NCBI GenBank assembly: GCA_033763315.1
Contig: JANRKS010000019.1
Span: 96,001 to 160,000 of the forward strand
From: Deltaproteobacteria bacterium
GTDB taxonomy: Bacteria; Myxococcota_A; Polyangia; Fen-1088
Direction: 5' to 3'
Length of the DNA stretch: 64,000 nt
Below are positions 9,833-19,943 of the stretch, in pieces. Below the pieces are notes generated by a model. The model did not search any database. It worked only from the letters and a program-made list of their open reading frames with translations, and was not told the origin of the DNA. Made by a program: the position numbers and the translations under genes. The first letter of the stretch is position 1. The number at the start of each line of letters is the position of its first letter.

Positions 9833-9856
9833 TACGGAACGGATGTGGAGTGTCAA
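9829..9856 (-). promoter_or_regulatory. Sigma70-type lexA promoter
   Basis: TTGACA (9856-9851), 16 nt spacer, TACCAT (9834-9829) on the minus strand. Confidence 0.6.
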
Positions 9857-9947
9857 GTTTTTCAACAACTATCGAACCGCGACGCCCAAAAATAGGGCCA
9901 TCGCGCGGCTTTTAGGTGGTCGCCGGCCACGGGCGTATCGTTAACAG

Positions 9948-11798
9948 GTGACCTCCCGTCCCATGGGCCCTGGCGCCCCGCAGCTGATCCTTCATCTGGA
10001 GTCCCCTAATAAAGGCGGCCAGGGGGACTCGGTTTACCGCACGGTGCAACCGTGCCGAGCGCTGGGGCAGCAGCCGGGCGTGGACGTGATGGCGGGCTCG
10101 TTTCTGTCGCCGCAGGTGCATGCGAAGCTGCTGGTGGCGGATGTCTTGGTGCTTTGTGATGTGGTGGAAGCGGATTTAATTCCCGTCATCAAGACGCGTC
10201 GGCAACGTGGTTTGCCCACGGTCTATGAGATCAACGACGACTTCCAGGCGATGCAGCCATGGAACCCGACGGCGTACTTGGCTCACAACCCGGTGTCGCG
10301 CAGTCTTTCCTCGCGCCTGGCCTCTTTGTGTGATGGCGTGCAGTTTTCAACGCCGTATCTTCAGCAGCGCTTCGCGCATCTGTCCGAGCACACAGCTGTG
10401 TTCACCAACAACCTGTGGTCGCTGCCCTCTGTGTTGTCGCGCCCGGCGAGTGACGTGGTGCGGGTGGGGTGGGGCGGCTCGTTGGGGCATCGCGCGGATC
10501 TCGAAACGTTGGTGAACGTGATGGGGCCGGTGCTGCAAACGCATGCGCAGGTGCAATTTTGCGTGATGGGTGATGAATCGTTCCGGTTGTTGTGCGAACG
10601 CCTTCCGCAGGGGCGTTGGTCGTGGCGCCCCGGCGGGCCCTTAACGGATTACTTTGCGTTTTTGTCTACGCTCGACATCGGCTTGTGCCCGCTGTTGCCC
10701 ACCGATTTCAACCTGGGGCGCTCGGATGTGAAGTTCCTTGAGTGCGCGGCATTCGCTGTGCCTTGCGTGGCCGCTGCCTTGCCGCCTTACCAGGCAAGCC
10801 TTTTGCCTGGAACAACGGGGCTTGTTTACACAAACGAGAAGGAGCTTTTCGCGGCGTTGGAGGAGCTCATTGTGAACCCAGGCCAGCGGCAGTCGATGGG
10901 CCAGGCCGCGCGCGCTTACGTTGAGCGGCACCGTATCGAATCACCGCATGCCTTGGATCGCCTGGCCTTTATGGAAGCGTGCCGTACACGCGCACAAGCG
11001 GGAGCGACGGATGTGTCTTGTGAAGTGTGGCGTGGCTTTGCGGAGCATGAGGCGCCTTCGTATGGCGACAGCACGCTCCGCATGCTGGGCGCCGATGGCG
11101 TGGTGGCGCCTTTGCTGGAAGGTCTTGCGGCATTGCGCGATGGCGACAATCAGACCGCCTGCGCGGCTTTCACGGCGGCCACACGTATGGCGCCACAGTT
11201 TTATGTACCGTGGCTCTACGCGGGCAGCGCCGAGCTTGATCATCATCGCGCGTTGGCGGCGTTGAACGAAGCGTTGAAGCTGCACACGTCACCATCGACG
11301 TTGGTGATGCGCGCAGATCGATGGCAAGCGGTTGGCAACCATGATGCGGCGAAAAGGGATCTCGCGGCGGCGGCAGATGTGGCGCCGGAGATGGGCTTGC
11401 CATTTGCACGTTTGGCAGAGTTCGCCGACCAAGAAGGCGACACCGTGGGTGCGGTAGCGCAAGAAGCGCGCGCGTTGGCGCACAACCCTTACTTCGCGCT
11501 GCCTCACGCGCGTCGCGTGCTCAACGCTCTTGAACGCGGTGAATCGCCTGATCTGCAAGCGCTGCAGCGGTGCCTGGCATGCGACGATCGCTATTGGGCC
11601 ACGCGCTTTGCTTTGGGGGCCCATGCGCTGCGCGCGCAGAATCTTGCGGATGCTCGCGCACACTTTGTGGCGGCGCTGGCGTATGCCCCCGATGCGGCGC
11701 CGGTGTGTGCACAACTGGCGCGGGTGGAAGCCAGCGCGGGCGATATGGTGGCAGCGCGACAGTGGCTTGAGCGGGCAAAGGACGCCGCTGCGGGCTGA
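9948..11798 (+). CDS. GT-B (family 4-like) glycosyltransferase with C-terminal TPR-like repeats
   Basis: VYEINDD, VRVGWGGSLGH..D, DIGLCPL..TDFNLGRSDVKFLE; Ala-rich helical TPR-like C-terminal third. Confidence 0.8.
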   Translation: MTSRPMGPGAPQLILHLESPNKGGQGDSVYRTVQPCRALGQQPGVDVMAGSFLSPQVHAKLLVADVLVLCDVVEADLIPVIKTRRQRGLPTVYEINDDFQAMQPWNPTAYLAHNPVSRSLSSRLASLCDGVQFSTPYLQQRFAHLSEHTAVFTNNLWSLPSVLSRPASDVVRVGWGGSLGHRADLETLVNVMGPVLQTHAQVQFCVMGDESFRLLCERLPQGRWSWRPGGPLTDYFAFLSTLDIGLCPLLPTDFNLGRSDVKFLECAAFAVPCVAAALPPYQASLLPGTTGLVYTNEKELFAALEELIVNPGQRQSMGQAARAYVERHRIESPHALDRLAFMEACRTRAQAGATDVSCEVWRGFAEHEAPSYGDSTLRMLGADGVVAPLLEGLAALRDGDNQTACAAFTAATRMAPQFYVPWLYAGSAELDHHRALAALNEALKLHTSPSTLVMRADRWQAVGNHDAAKRDLAAAADVAPEMGLPFARLAEFADQEGDTVGAVAQEARALAHNPYFALPHARRVLNALERGESPDLQALQRCLACDDRYWATRFALGAHALRAQNLADARAHFVAALAYAPDAAPVCAQLARVEASAGDMVAARQWLERAKDAAAG

Positions 11799-12100
11799 CG
11801 TGGTCTGGTGCGCGATCGGTGCGCAGACTTCATACAGTGCGCAAGAGTTGTTTCGGCGTTGCAGGCAAAGCTCGCGTGGATGCGTGATTTGCCCGCCACA
11901 ATTCCGCGACGGGGCCCGCCCTAAGCCCACACCTGGAACGCTGTAGGAACAGAAGTCGGCGCGTCGTAAGCCCGCGTGCAACAAAAGCGGCCGCTATAGC
12001 ACCACCCCATCCCATGCCGGTGACCCACATGGGCGCTAGGCCCTTGCGCCTAACGTTGCAAACACCACCCGCCGATGATGTTGCGGGGGCGGCGACGATA

Positions 12101-14770
12101 ATGAGGTATTACCGGGTTAATCCGCAGAAACTGACGTTTCGGGAGTACTGGAGAAGCAAGAAGTCGTGGAAGGAGGCTTGGGCAGTCCCCATTGCGTGGC
12201 TGTTTCCTTCGCTGCAGCCAACGCAGGTGTTTCGCCACTTCGAATCGATCAAAGAGCTTGAAATTGAGGAGGCCGCCTTTCCTGCCGTGGCTCGCGCGAA
12301 GCTACAAACGGCCCTTGAGACGGCACACCAGCTAGGTTTCCACTCGCCACGTTATTATAGGTTCTCAAGCACACGCGGTGAAACCTCAACCTCGTTCATC
12401 GTTTTGTTGCATCCCAGTGGGCGCTTCATTTTGCGCCTAATTCACGTCTTGTCGAACTTCACCGTTCCACCTGCGGAAAATCGCGTGATCACGATCGCCA
12501 GCGTGTTCAGCGATGGCACCGAGCTGCACACCGGCGATCAGCCGCCCCGACTTCAGCCCCGGCCGGAGACGATCAACAATCCGCAGCCCGGACAGCCCCT
12601 TGAGGCTCTCATGTTCGCCCATGAAAGGGTTTTGGAAGAGCTCTCGGCTAGCAAGAAGCCTCAGCCCATCGACTCGATCGAGGCGATGGAGTCGGCATGC
12701 AACCGCATCGAGCAAGGCGGCATTGAATTTGGTTTGAAGCGTGGCCTCACGGTGTGGCTGACGCCGCAAGAGGTGCAGGCAGAGCAGCGCACCGCTGGCG
12801 GTCTTTCCGCGATGAAAGAGGAGGGCTTGCTGCACACTGAGGTGCTCGCGGCACTAGAGCCCTTGCAACGTGCCAAGCCGTCGTCGCGCTCAATGCTGAT
12901 ATTGATGGCGTCGCTGATGTTTTTCATCGCCGTTGGCGTGCAGGGATCTGTTTGGAGTTACCTTTTGATCCTTGTGCCCGTGCTGCTGTTTCACGAGCTT
13001 GGCCACTACCTCGCCATGCGCGCCTTCAATTACAGCAACGTGCGCATGTTCTTCATTCCCTTCGTGGGAGCGGCTGTCACGGGCAAACATTACAACGTTG
13101 CCGCGTGGAAGAAGGTCGTTGTATCGCTGATGGGGCCCTTGCCGGGTTTGCTATTGGGCGCGGCGCTTGGCGGGGTTGGACTTGTGCTTCACAACCCCTT
13201 GCTGACGAAGATTGGGCTTGTGGCCGTGACGATCAACGGCTTTAACCTCATTCCGATCTTGCCACTCGACGGCGGGTGGATCGTTCACGCTTTGCTGCTC
13301 TCGCGCCATCCACTTCTGGATGTAGGCTTTCAAGTCGTTGCCTGTGCCGCGTTGCTTGCCTTTGGTGTGTTCAGCCAAGCCAAGATCTTTGTGTTCTTGG
13401 CCGTAATCATGGCGGTGGCGATTCCGGTGTCGTTCCGTTTGGCAAGGGTCACGGCAAAGCTGCGTAAATATGATCTGAAGGAAGTGTCTGATGACGATCA
13501 GACCATCCCTCGTGACACGGCTCAGGCGATCATCGGCGAGATCAAGACCGCGTTTCCCACCGGCCAAACCACCAAATCGCTGGCCGAAAAGACGCTGCTC
13601 GTGTTCGCAAAATTGAACGCGCGACCTTCGGGGGTGGTGGCAAGCGTGGCGCTGCTATTGGTTCAACTCGTGGGGCTTGTTGTGGCTGTGGCCTTCACAG
13701 TGGTGTTGGCCGTTGGTAGCAAAAACCCTGGCTTTGCCGCAGGCCTTCCAGACGGCAGCAATGGCATGCAGTTTGAACACCGCCTGGAGTGTGGGCCCAC
13801 GCGGGTGTGGGCGGGCGCGCACGCTGAGCCACGCATTGATGCGCCTCAGCTCATCGCAACGTTCAAAGAGCAAAGCCTGGCGCAACATGCCTTTGGATCC
13901 TGGTCATCTCGGCTGCCGCAAACGGCGAAACTCGCGCTGTTTGGGGACACCCTTCTTGTGGCGCTTCCTGAAGGCCAGGACGCACTTCGAAACGACGTTC
14001 TTGGGCAACTCTCTGCACAAGCCCAAGATGCGTTTTGGGACACAGATGACTTTAAGGGGCACCTGTCGGTGTTGTGCGTGGCTCGAACAGAGCGGGACGC
14101 CGAAGAGATTGCACAAGAGTTGGGCGGCTATCTCAATTTTCTCAAAGGTTCTTACCTCGTGCCGCCGTGGTTGCCCGAAGGGCTGGGCGTGTCTTCACCG
14201 CCGGAGCACATCTTGGCTCGCAAGACCTTCGCGAAGCTGCGCGCTTCCCGGTGGGCCGATATTCCGGTGCAAAGCGCCGAGCGCAACGCCGTCTACGAGC
14301 AACTGACAAAAGCACGCAAGCGCGGCGACAACGAAGGCATCAAGGGGCTGAGCAAGCAACTCGAGAGCTTGCGAGTGGAGGATAGGCGCAAAGCGATCCA
14401 ATCCATCCGACGAGGCGAAAAAGGGCCTGTCGATCGGGAGGCGATCGATCTCTACGTGGCTCTCTTTGAAAGTGGCACTTCGCCCACCATCGAAACTGAC
14501 GGTGCAACGGATCTAGCGTCGCGTCTCGGACAGATGCCGCTCGAGAATGGAAGCCCTTCAGCTGACCTTCATCGCTATTCAGCGATTGGAGGTTTTGTGC
14601 ACAACGAAGGCAAGCGAGTGAGCGTTCTCGGACCGGGCTTCACGCGGGTTGCTGATGGCGCGCCGGCGCTTGCCGAATGGCTGTGCAGCCGCGGCTGCAC
14701 AGATCTGCAATATCAATTTCGCGGCTCACCAACAGGAGAGGGTGTGGAGGAGGATGTCGATGATGAGTGA
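12101..14770 (+). CDS. Site-2 protease (M50) family membrane metalloprotease with large N- and C-terminal extensions
   Basis: LLFHELGHYLAM (HExxH), FIPFVGAAV, LMGPLPG, FNLIPILPLDGG; several TM segments; start uncertain (12014 or 12101). Confidence 0.82.
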   Translation: MRYYRVNPQKLTFREYWRSKKSWKEAWAVPIAWLFPSLQPTQVFRHFESIKELEIEEAAFPAVARAKLQTALETAHQLGFHSPRYYRFSSTRGETSTSFIVLLHPSGRFILRLIHVLSNFTVPPAENRVITIASVFSDGTELHTGDQPPRLQPRPETINNPQPGQPLEALMFAHERVLEELSASKKPQPIDSIEAMESACNRIEQGGIEFGLKRGLTVWLTPQEVQAEQRTAGGLSAMKEEGLLHTEVLAALEPLQRAKPSSRSMLILMASLMFFIAVGVQGSVWSYLLILVPVLLFHELGHYLAMRAFNYSNVRMFFIPFVGAAVTGKHYNVAAWKKVVVSLMGPLPGLLLGAALGGVGLVLHNPLLTKIGLVAVTINGFNLIPILPLDGGWIVHALLLSRHPLLDVGFQVVACAALLAFGVFSQAKIFVFLAVIMAVAIPVSFRLARVTAKLRKYDLKEVSDDDQTIPRDTAQAIIGEIKTAFPTGQTTKSLAEKTLLVFAKLNARPSGVVASVALLLVQLVGLVVAVAFTVVLAVGSKNPGFAAGLPDGSNGMQFEHRLECGPTRVWAGAHAEPRIDAPQLIATFKEQSLAQHAFGSWSSRLPQTAKLALFGDTLLVALPEGQDALRNDVLGQLSAQAQDAFWDTDDFKGHLSVLCVARTERDAEEIAQELGGYLNFLKGSYLVPPWLPEGLGVSSPPEHILARKTFAKLRASRWADIPVQSAERNAVYEQLTKARKRGDNEGIKGLSKQLESLRVEDRRKAIQSIRRGEKGPVDREAIDLYVALFESGTSPTIETDGATDLASRLGQMPLENGSPSADLHRYSAIGGFVHNEGKRVSVLGPGFTRVADGAPALAEWLCSRGCTDLQYQFRGSPTGEGVEEDVDDE

Positions 14771-15770
14771 GGCGTGTTTGCCACAAAGTGAAGGTGAACG
14801 TGTTTTTCGCTCGCCCAATGGTTTGCAGCGGCTGGCGCGGCGAAAGCAGCTCCTCGGCATCGCTGGCTTCATTGGCGGCGCCGTGGGCTTTTTTGTTGTC
14901 ACGCGCATTTCAAGAGCGGATCCAATCACGATTCAGCTCGTCACGACGTTACCCGTGCTGCTAGGCCTGCGCAGTTTCACGGCGGGGCGATCCTTGGCAC
15001 GGACGCCACTGACGGTTGGTGTCGGGGCCTCGGGGGTTCGTGTTGAGACGGCACGCGGCTCGCAGCTCCATACATGGGGCGAGATCGGTTGGTCGTCCTT
15101 TGGGACTTCCGCTTTTGGGGGAAAGACCAAACGAGTACGGCTTTACGATGTCAGAGGAAAGAGCTTGGTTGAATTCGCCGACGTGATCGGAAACATCGAA
15201 GAGATCAACAAGCTCGTGTCGGCTGGCATCGCAGCTAAGGGCGACGACACCGCCGATCGGATCCGCAAACGCAAGGCCAAACCCCTCGCGCTCTTCGTTT
15301 TGCTGGCGGGGCTCGGTGCACTGGCATTAGGCCTTGCCGCCGCAAACGAGGTGAGCGCTGATATCCGAAACCAACGTCGCTTGGCAGACATGGGCGTTCG
15401 TGGCACGGCCGAGATCCTTGAGCTGCGGTTGGCTCCCAACGGCATTACGCCGCGACTGATCTACAAAGTGGTGGCCGCTTCGGGAAAAGCGGGGACACGC
15501 AACGTGCAAATTGATCGTCGGCTGTGGGACGCTCTCGCAAACGTCAAGCGCATTCCCGTGTTCTATGTGCCTGATGATCCGGAGGTCAGCTCGCTTGCGT
15601 TCGGCGAAGTAAATCCTGACGTGGCGACAACTTCCAGCTACATCCCACCGGCCATCCTCGGGCTCATGGGCGTGGCCTTCATCATCGTCGCCGCATTCGT
15701 GCACCGAGGCTTCGACATTCGTTTTGATACTGAAACCAAACGGTTCTCTCTCAAGAAGTTCGGACAGTAG
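14760..15770 (+). CDS. Hypothetical membrane protein (four predicted TM segments; DUF3592-like C-terminal part)
   Basis: GGAGGAGG RBS at 14746-14753; overlaps the upstream stop; hydrophobic stretches; IPVFYVPDDPEVS resembles the DUF3592 V.Y.P..P motif. Confidence 0.65.
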   Translation: MMSEACLPQSEGERVFRSPNGLQRLARRKQLLGIAGFIGGAVGFFVVTRISRADPITIQLVTTLPVLLGLRSFTAGRSLARTPLTVGVGASGVRVETARGSQLHTWGEIGWSSFGTSAFGGKTKRVRLYDVRGKSLVEFADVIGNIEEINKLVSAGIAAKGDDTADRIRKRKAKPLALFVLLAGLGALALGLAAANEVSADIRNQRRLADMGVRGTAEILELRLAPNGITPRLIYKVVAASGKAGTRNVQIDRRLWDALANVKRIPVFYVPDDPEVSSLAFGEVNPDVATTSSYIPPAILGLMGVAFIIVAAFVHRGFDIRFDTETKRFSLKKFGQ

Positions 15771-15802
15771 GGGGGCCGCGACTGGAGGATGAAACTGATC
15801 AT

Positions 15803-16273
15803 GTGGGCTCTTGTGAGCGGGCGTTGCCTGCTTTCGATATCAAGAGGGCAACTGGGATGATGGTTATCGTTCGTGCATTCCGTTCCAGTGACACGTGGGT
15901 CGAGTTCGACCCCAATATGGGCCACTTCAGGACACTTGCGAAGGTGCAAGTCGACCGTGTTTGGGAGGGCCAGGGCTTGGTGCGCGGGAATCGCGGTCTG
16001 GCCTGGTATTGGCAAGGAGATTCACCGTTCTTTACGGCCAATGCGAGGACGTGGAACCTGGACGACCCCAGCCTTCGCTATATGTACGTGAAGCTCGGCT
16101 GCGTTGAGTTGCTCAAAATTCGCAACAGTGTTCATTCAGGCGTCTACTGGAATCGCATACTGCGATGGCCCTGGCGTTTCGATCCGACATTCGATGGTAT
16201 CGATGCGGACGCAGACAGCTTTTTAGGCACGCCAGCGAGGATCGTGCGAAACCGGCGAAAATTGCGGAAATGA
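15803..16273 (+). CDS. Hypothetical protein
   Basis: 156-codon ORF co-oriented with its neighbours in a lower-GC segment; no recognisable motif; start uncertain. Confidence 0.35.
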   Translation: MGSCERALPAFDIKRATGMMVIVRAFRSSDTWVEFDPNMGHFRTLAKVQVDRVWEGQGLVRGNRGLAWYWQGDSPFFTANARTWNLDDPSLRYMYVKLGCVELLKIRNSVHSGVYWNRILRWPWRFDPTFDGIDADADSFLGTPARIVRNRRKLRK

Positions 16274-16521
16274 TCATTGATGGTTCGCTTTCTAGAGACG
16301 CTGAGTGGTGCCCAGTACGCCCACGATTTTTGTGGGCATCTGGCCGCTGATTGACGCAACGAGATTTGAGGAATCCTATGAACATCGGCTTTCGCGTGGT
16401 GATGGAACCAAGTATGCGAGGGCGTTCGCGACGCTTCGGCGGGACCCCAAGTTTTCTCCGCCTTCGGGCATGCAATTGTGCGGCTTGCACGTCGGCCGCC
16501 TGTCGCCCTTACTTCGGGGGC

Positions 16522-17358
16522 ATGCATCAAAAAAAAGCGCTCTTGTCGTGGTTGCTCATCGCGGCGGCTTGGCCGGCCCAAGGATCGCCAGCGGCGCCCC
16601 CTTGGCCCTTTTCCGCGACCATCGCCAAGAAGCTGCAGCAGCGTGCGGCAGTCGACGCACACACGCCCGTCACGCGCACGATCGCCCTGGGCAAGGGTGA
16701 GCGGATCGTGTTCAAGTTGATCCCACCAGGGCGGTTTGTGATTGGTTCCCCTCCTGACGAATCAGGGCACGAACCAGATGAAGAGCAGCGCTGGGCCGAA
16801 GTGGCTGACCCCTACTACGTGGCAACCACCGTTCTTACGAAAGGCCAATGGGAAGCGGCGGCGGGTGCCGTGAGCGATGAGTATGCGGCCCTGCACAGCG
16901 AGCAACCCATGCCGTTTCGATTCGATGACGTTTCTTCGCGCGTGCTTCCTGCGCTGCAAGCCTTCGCGCCCGTTGGTTGGCGTTTTGTGCTGATGGGGGA
17001 CGAGCCATTTGAGTTTGCCACGCGTGCCGGGGCCGCAACGATCTACCCAACCGGCACCAACCTCAAAGACTTTGAACGTATGGCTTGGTGCAAGGGCAAT
17101 TCAGGCGGGCGGGTTCACGAGGTGGCGCAATTGCAGCCCAATGCCTTTGGTCTTTACGACATGCTCGGCAACATGTGGCAGTGGGTGGATGCCGAGTTTG
17201 TGCGTGACAAAACAGCGCACATCGTACGTGGGGGATCCTTTGATGTCCCCGCAAAGAAGAATGGATGTCGCAGCGCGAACCGCATGATCTCGCGCGTGCC
17301 CGTGGCTTATAGGCCCGCACTTGTGCGCGTAAAGGCACCGAGCGCCAAGGTCGACTAA
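16522..17358 (+). CDS. Secreted FGE-sulfatase (SUMF1)-fold protein, probably non-catalytic
   Basis: Signal peptide MHQKKALLSWLLIAAAWPAQG; IPPGRFVIGSP..E, PNAFGLYDMLGNMWQW, VRGGSF; lacks the CxxxxC active site of true FGE. Confidence 0.8.
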   Translation: MHQKKALLSWLLIAAAWPAQGSPAAPPWPFSATIAKKLQQRAAVDAHTPVTRTIALGKGERIVFKLIPPGRFVIGSPPDESGHEPDEEQRWAEVADPYYVATTVLTKGQWEAAAGAVSDEYAALHSEQPMPFRFDDVSSRVLPALQAFAPVGWRFVLMGDEPFEFATRAGAATIYPTGTNLKDFERMAWCKGNSGGRVHEVAQLQPNAFGLYDMLGNMWQWVDAEFVRDKTAHIVRGGSFDVPAKKNGCRSANRMISRVPVAYRPALVRVKAPSAKVD

Positions 17359-17428
17359 AGCCGTCGCTGCAAAAAGCTTTTGACCCCAGTGGCCGCTCGC
17401 GCGGTCCAAGGAGAAAAGGGGGGCAACG

Positions 17429-19198
17429 ATGCTGCGCTTGTCTTTGGTTCTTGCCGTGCTGCTACCGAGTGTTTTGATGGTTGGTGCTTGTCGAACAACA
17501 CCGGCGCCAAGATCCCTGGCTCCAAAACCGAAGCCGAACGCGGCGGCCGTCGTCGAACGTTTTGACGGCGAATTCCTCAATAGCTTGCCGTTGCAGAGCC
17601 GTTCATCCATTCAGGACGTGCTCGGGAACCAAGTCGCCGGAGCCGTGGGTTCGCAGGGACAGGTGCGATTACGTGGCCGGACCGTCACTTTCGCGGAGCT
17701 CGAGGGTTTTGCGATGTTAAGCGGCCGTGACGGTGCTGAATCGGCAGAAGGAAACACCGAGTCCTATGACGTTGTGAACGAGAACCCATATTTCTCGGCC
17801 GCGGAGGCGCCGCTTTCAACGTTTTCGATCGACGTCGACACAGCTTCGTACGCGAACGTCAGACGGTTCATCGAGAACGGTCGTTTGCCGCCGCCCGCGG
17901 CTGTTCGCATCGAAGAGTTGGTGAACTATTTTCGTTACGATTATCCGGCGCCCTCGGGGGACGAACCTTTTTCTACGTCTGTTGAAATGAATCGTTGCCC
18001 CTGGAACGCCGACGCACAGCTTGTGAGGATCGGATTGCGCGGGAAGGATATCCCCATCGATAAGCGTCCTGTAAGCAATCTCGTGTTCTTGATCGATGTT
18101 TCCGGATCGATGGAGCAAGACAATAAATTGCCCTTGGTCAAAAGGTCGCTGCATATTCTTGTGGACCAATTGCAGCCGCTTGATCGCGTGGCCATCGTGG
18201 TTTACGCGGGGGCCGCGGGTGTGGTGCTTCCCTCCACGGCAGCGGAACAACGCCAGACCATACACGCTGCGATTGATCGGTTGGAAAGCGGCGGTTCAAC
18301 GAACGGCGGGGAAGGCATCGCGCTGGCTTATGACCTGGCCGCCGCCAACCGGGTGACAAACGGCAACAACCGCGTGATTCTGGCCACCGACGGGGACTTT
18401 AACGTCGGCGTTTCCAGCCAAGGCGAACTCGTGTCCCTCGTGCAGAAGCGTGCGAAGCACGGTGTGTTCTTATCCGTGTTGGGGTTCGGTATGGGCAACC
18501 TCAAAGATTCAATGATGGAAGCGTTGGCCGATCATGGCGATGGCAGCTACCACTACATCGATGGCTTCAATGAAGCGAAACGTGTTCTCGCTGAGCAGCT
18601 TGCAGGCACTTTGCTGACGATCGCCAAAGACGTGAAGATCCAGGTGGAGTGGAATCCTGCACAGGTCGGCGCCTACAGACTCGTCGGCTACGAGAATCGC
18701 ATGCTGCAAAAGGAAGACTTCAACGACGATAGGAAAGACGCCGGCGAAATGGGAGCAGGCCACACGGTGACCGCGCTTTACGAGGTTCTGCCTCCAGGTG
18801 AAGCGGCCGAACAACTTTTGAAGGAACGGAAGGTCGATAAGCTGCGCTACGCGGGCCCATCGGTTTCGGTAGAGACGAACAGGAACGAACTTCTGACTGT
18901 GAAGATTCGCTACAAGCCACCTGAGGGGGGCGAGAGCCGCAAGTGGGAGAAGTCGTTTGCGGCCTCTACAAAGGACGCCTCGCTCGAACCCAGCAAGGAC
19001 TTTGAGTTTGCTTCGGCCGTCGCAACCTTCGGCCTGTTGCTGCGCCACACGCCTTTGCCTGCAGGGGCAGATTATGATCTGGTTCTGTCGCTCGCCGAAG
19101 CCGGTTTGTCAAAGCATGTTGTTGAGCGTGCCGCGTTTGCGAATTTGGTTCGCAAGGCGCGCGTTGCGGCTCAGTCGTCGGCGTCCGGACAGCGCTGA
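17429..19198 (+). CDS. YfbK-like von Willebrand factor A domain lipoprotein (DUF3520 C-terminus)
   Basis: Lipobox VGAC; PLSTFSIDVDTASY, VRIEELVNYF, FLIDVSGSM (MIDAS), LATDGDFNVG, YRLVGYENR, DAGEMGAGHTVTALYE. Confidence 0.88.
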   Translation: MLRLSLVLAVLLPSVLMVGACRTTPAPRSLAPKPKPNAAAVVERFDGEFLNSLPLQSRSSIQDVLGNQVAGAVGSQGQVRLRGRTVTFAELEGFAMLSGRDGAESAEGNTESYDVVNENPYFSAAEAPLSTFSIDVDTASYANVRRFIENGRLPPPAAVRIEELVNYFRYDYPAPSGDEPFSTSVEMNRCPWNADAQLVRIGLRGKDIPIDKRPVSNLVFLIDVSGSMEQDNKLPLVKRSLHILVDQLQPLDRVAIVVYAGAAGVVLPSTAAEQRQTIHAAIDRLESGGSTNGGEGIALAYDLAAANRVTNGNNRVILATDGDFNVGVSSQGELVSLVQKRAKHGVFLSVLGFGMGNLKDSMMEALADHGDGSYHYIDGFNEAKRVLAEQLAGTLLTIAKDVKIQVEWNPAQVGAYRLVGYENRMLQKEDFNDDRKDAGEMGAGHTVTALYEVLPPGEAAEQLLKERKVDKLRYAGPSVSVETNRNELLTVKIRYKPPEGGESRKWEKSFAASTKDASLEPSKDFEFASAVATFGLLLRHTPLPAGADYDLVLSLAEAGLSKHVVERAAFANLVRKARVAAQSSASGQR

Positions 19199-19288
19199 TA
19201 TCCGGACCGACTTTCCTAGGCCAAGGCGGCGGCGTGGTCGCCGAAATGATTCACCAAAGAGGGGACCGTTACGCGTGTCCCGCAGCCG

Positions 19289-19672
19289 CTACCGAAACAC
19301 CTGCAGCCCCTGCGACTCCAGCAGCTTTGAATCAAGCGTCACCAGCGACAGGTCGTAGACCTGCGCCGTGGCAGCGATGAAGCGATCGGCAGGATCATTG
19401 TGCGTTAACTCGATTCGGCGGCTCTGCACTGCCACGTGCCGGTTGAGAAGGGCTTCGTGCAATCCGTCGAACACCTGGTCGGTCCATTTGTAGACGTCGC
19501 CTTTGACTTCAAGACGGCCGCGCTGAATGAGCTGCAGAACCTCCCAGACGCTTATGGGAGAGAACCACAGCTCGTTTTCCACGTTCTGCAGAGCGCTGCC
19601 GATGCGAGCAGGGATGCGGTCCGGGTCGAGCTGCGCCCAAAGAATGATGTGCGTGTCGAGAAGCAGTCTCAC
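19289..19672 (-). CDS. vapC: Type II toxin, VapC/PIN domain
   Basis: MRLLLDTHIILW, SPISVWE, HNDPADRFIAATA, LVTLD. Confidence 0.92.
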   Translation of the reverse strand: MRLLLDTHIILWAQLDPDRIPARIGSALQNVENELWFSPISVWEVLQLIQRGRLEVKGDVYKWTDQVFDGLHEALLNRHVAVQSRRIELTHNDPADRFIAATAQVYDLSLVTLDSKLLESQGLQVFR

Positions 19673-19938
19673 TGTCCCAGCCGATCCCAGCTTTCGAGCG
19701 ACCCCTTAAAGAATTCGTCGTCGCTCATCACTGGCCGCATGACATCTCCGGTGATCGTCGCGGTGCCTTTGAGTCGACCCAAAAACGATCGCTGTGGCTG
19801 CTCGGTCAGGCGAGGGGGGATCACTTCGGCGACCGGCTCCCCATGGCGGGTGATGAGGATCGGCTCGCCGGTCACTCGGACCCGCTCCAGCACGGCCAGG
19901 CAGGTTGCCTTGAACTCCGAAATTGAAAGTTTGACCAT
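19669..19938 (-). CDS. Type II antitoxin, Phd/YefM family
   Basis: SISEFKATCLAVLERV..TGEPILITRHGEPVAEVIP; 4-bp overlap with vapC. Confidence 0.9.
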   Translation of the reverse strand: MVKLSISEFKATCLAVLERVRVTGEPILITRHGEPVAEVIPPRLTEQPQRSFLGRLKGTATITGDVMRPVMSDDEFFKGSLESWDRLGQ

Positions 19939-19943
19939 GAACG

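Noticed and set aside
16274-16521. Possible tRNA fragment, att site or ncRNA in this intergenic gap
   Set aside because: Only a short hairpin (GCCCAC-N7-GTGGGC); no T-loop/CCA or other recognisable RNA motif
8625-19221. TTTCCTAGGC occurring near both TA loci as a possible direct repeat
   Set aside because: Only 10 bp, and the enclosed region includes the core gene lexA; likely chance
11800-19290. Integron cassette array (GCCTAAC near 12047; co-oriented accessory genes)
   Set aside because: No paired RYYYAAC...GTTRRRY attC structures at the gene boundaries and no integron integrase
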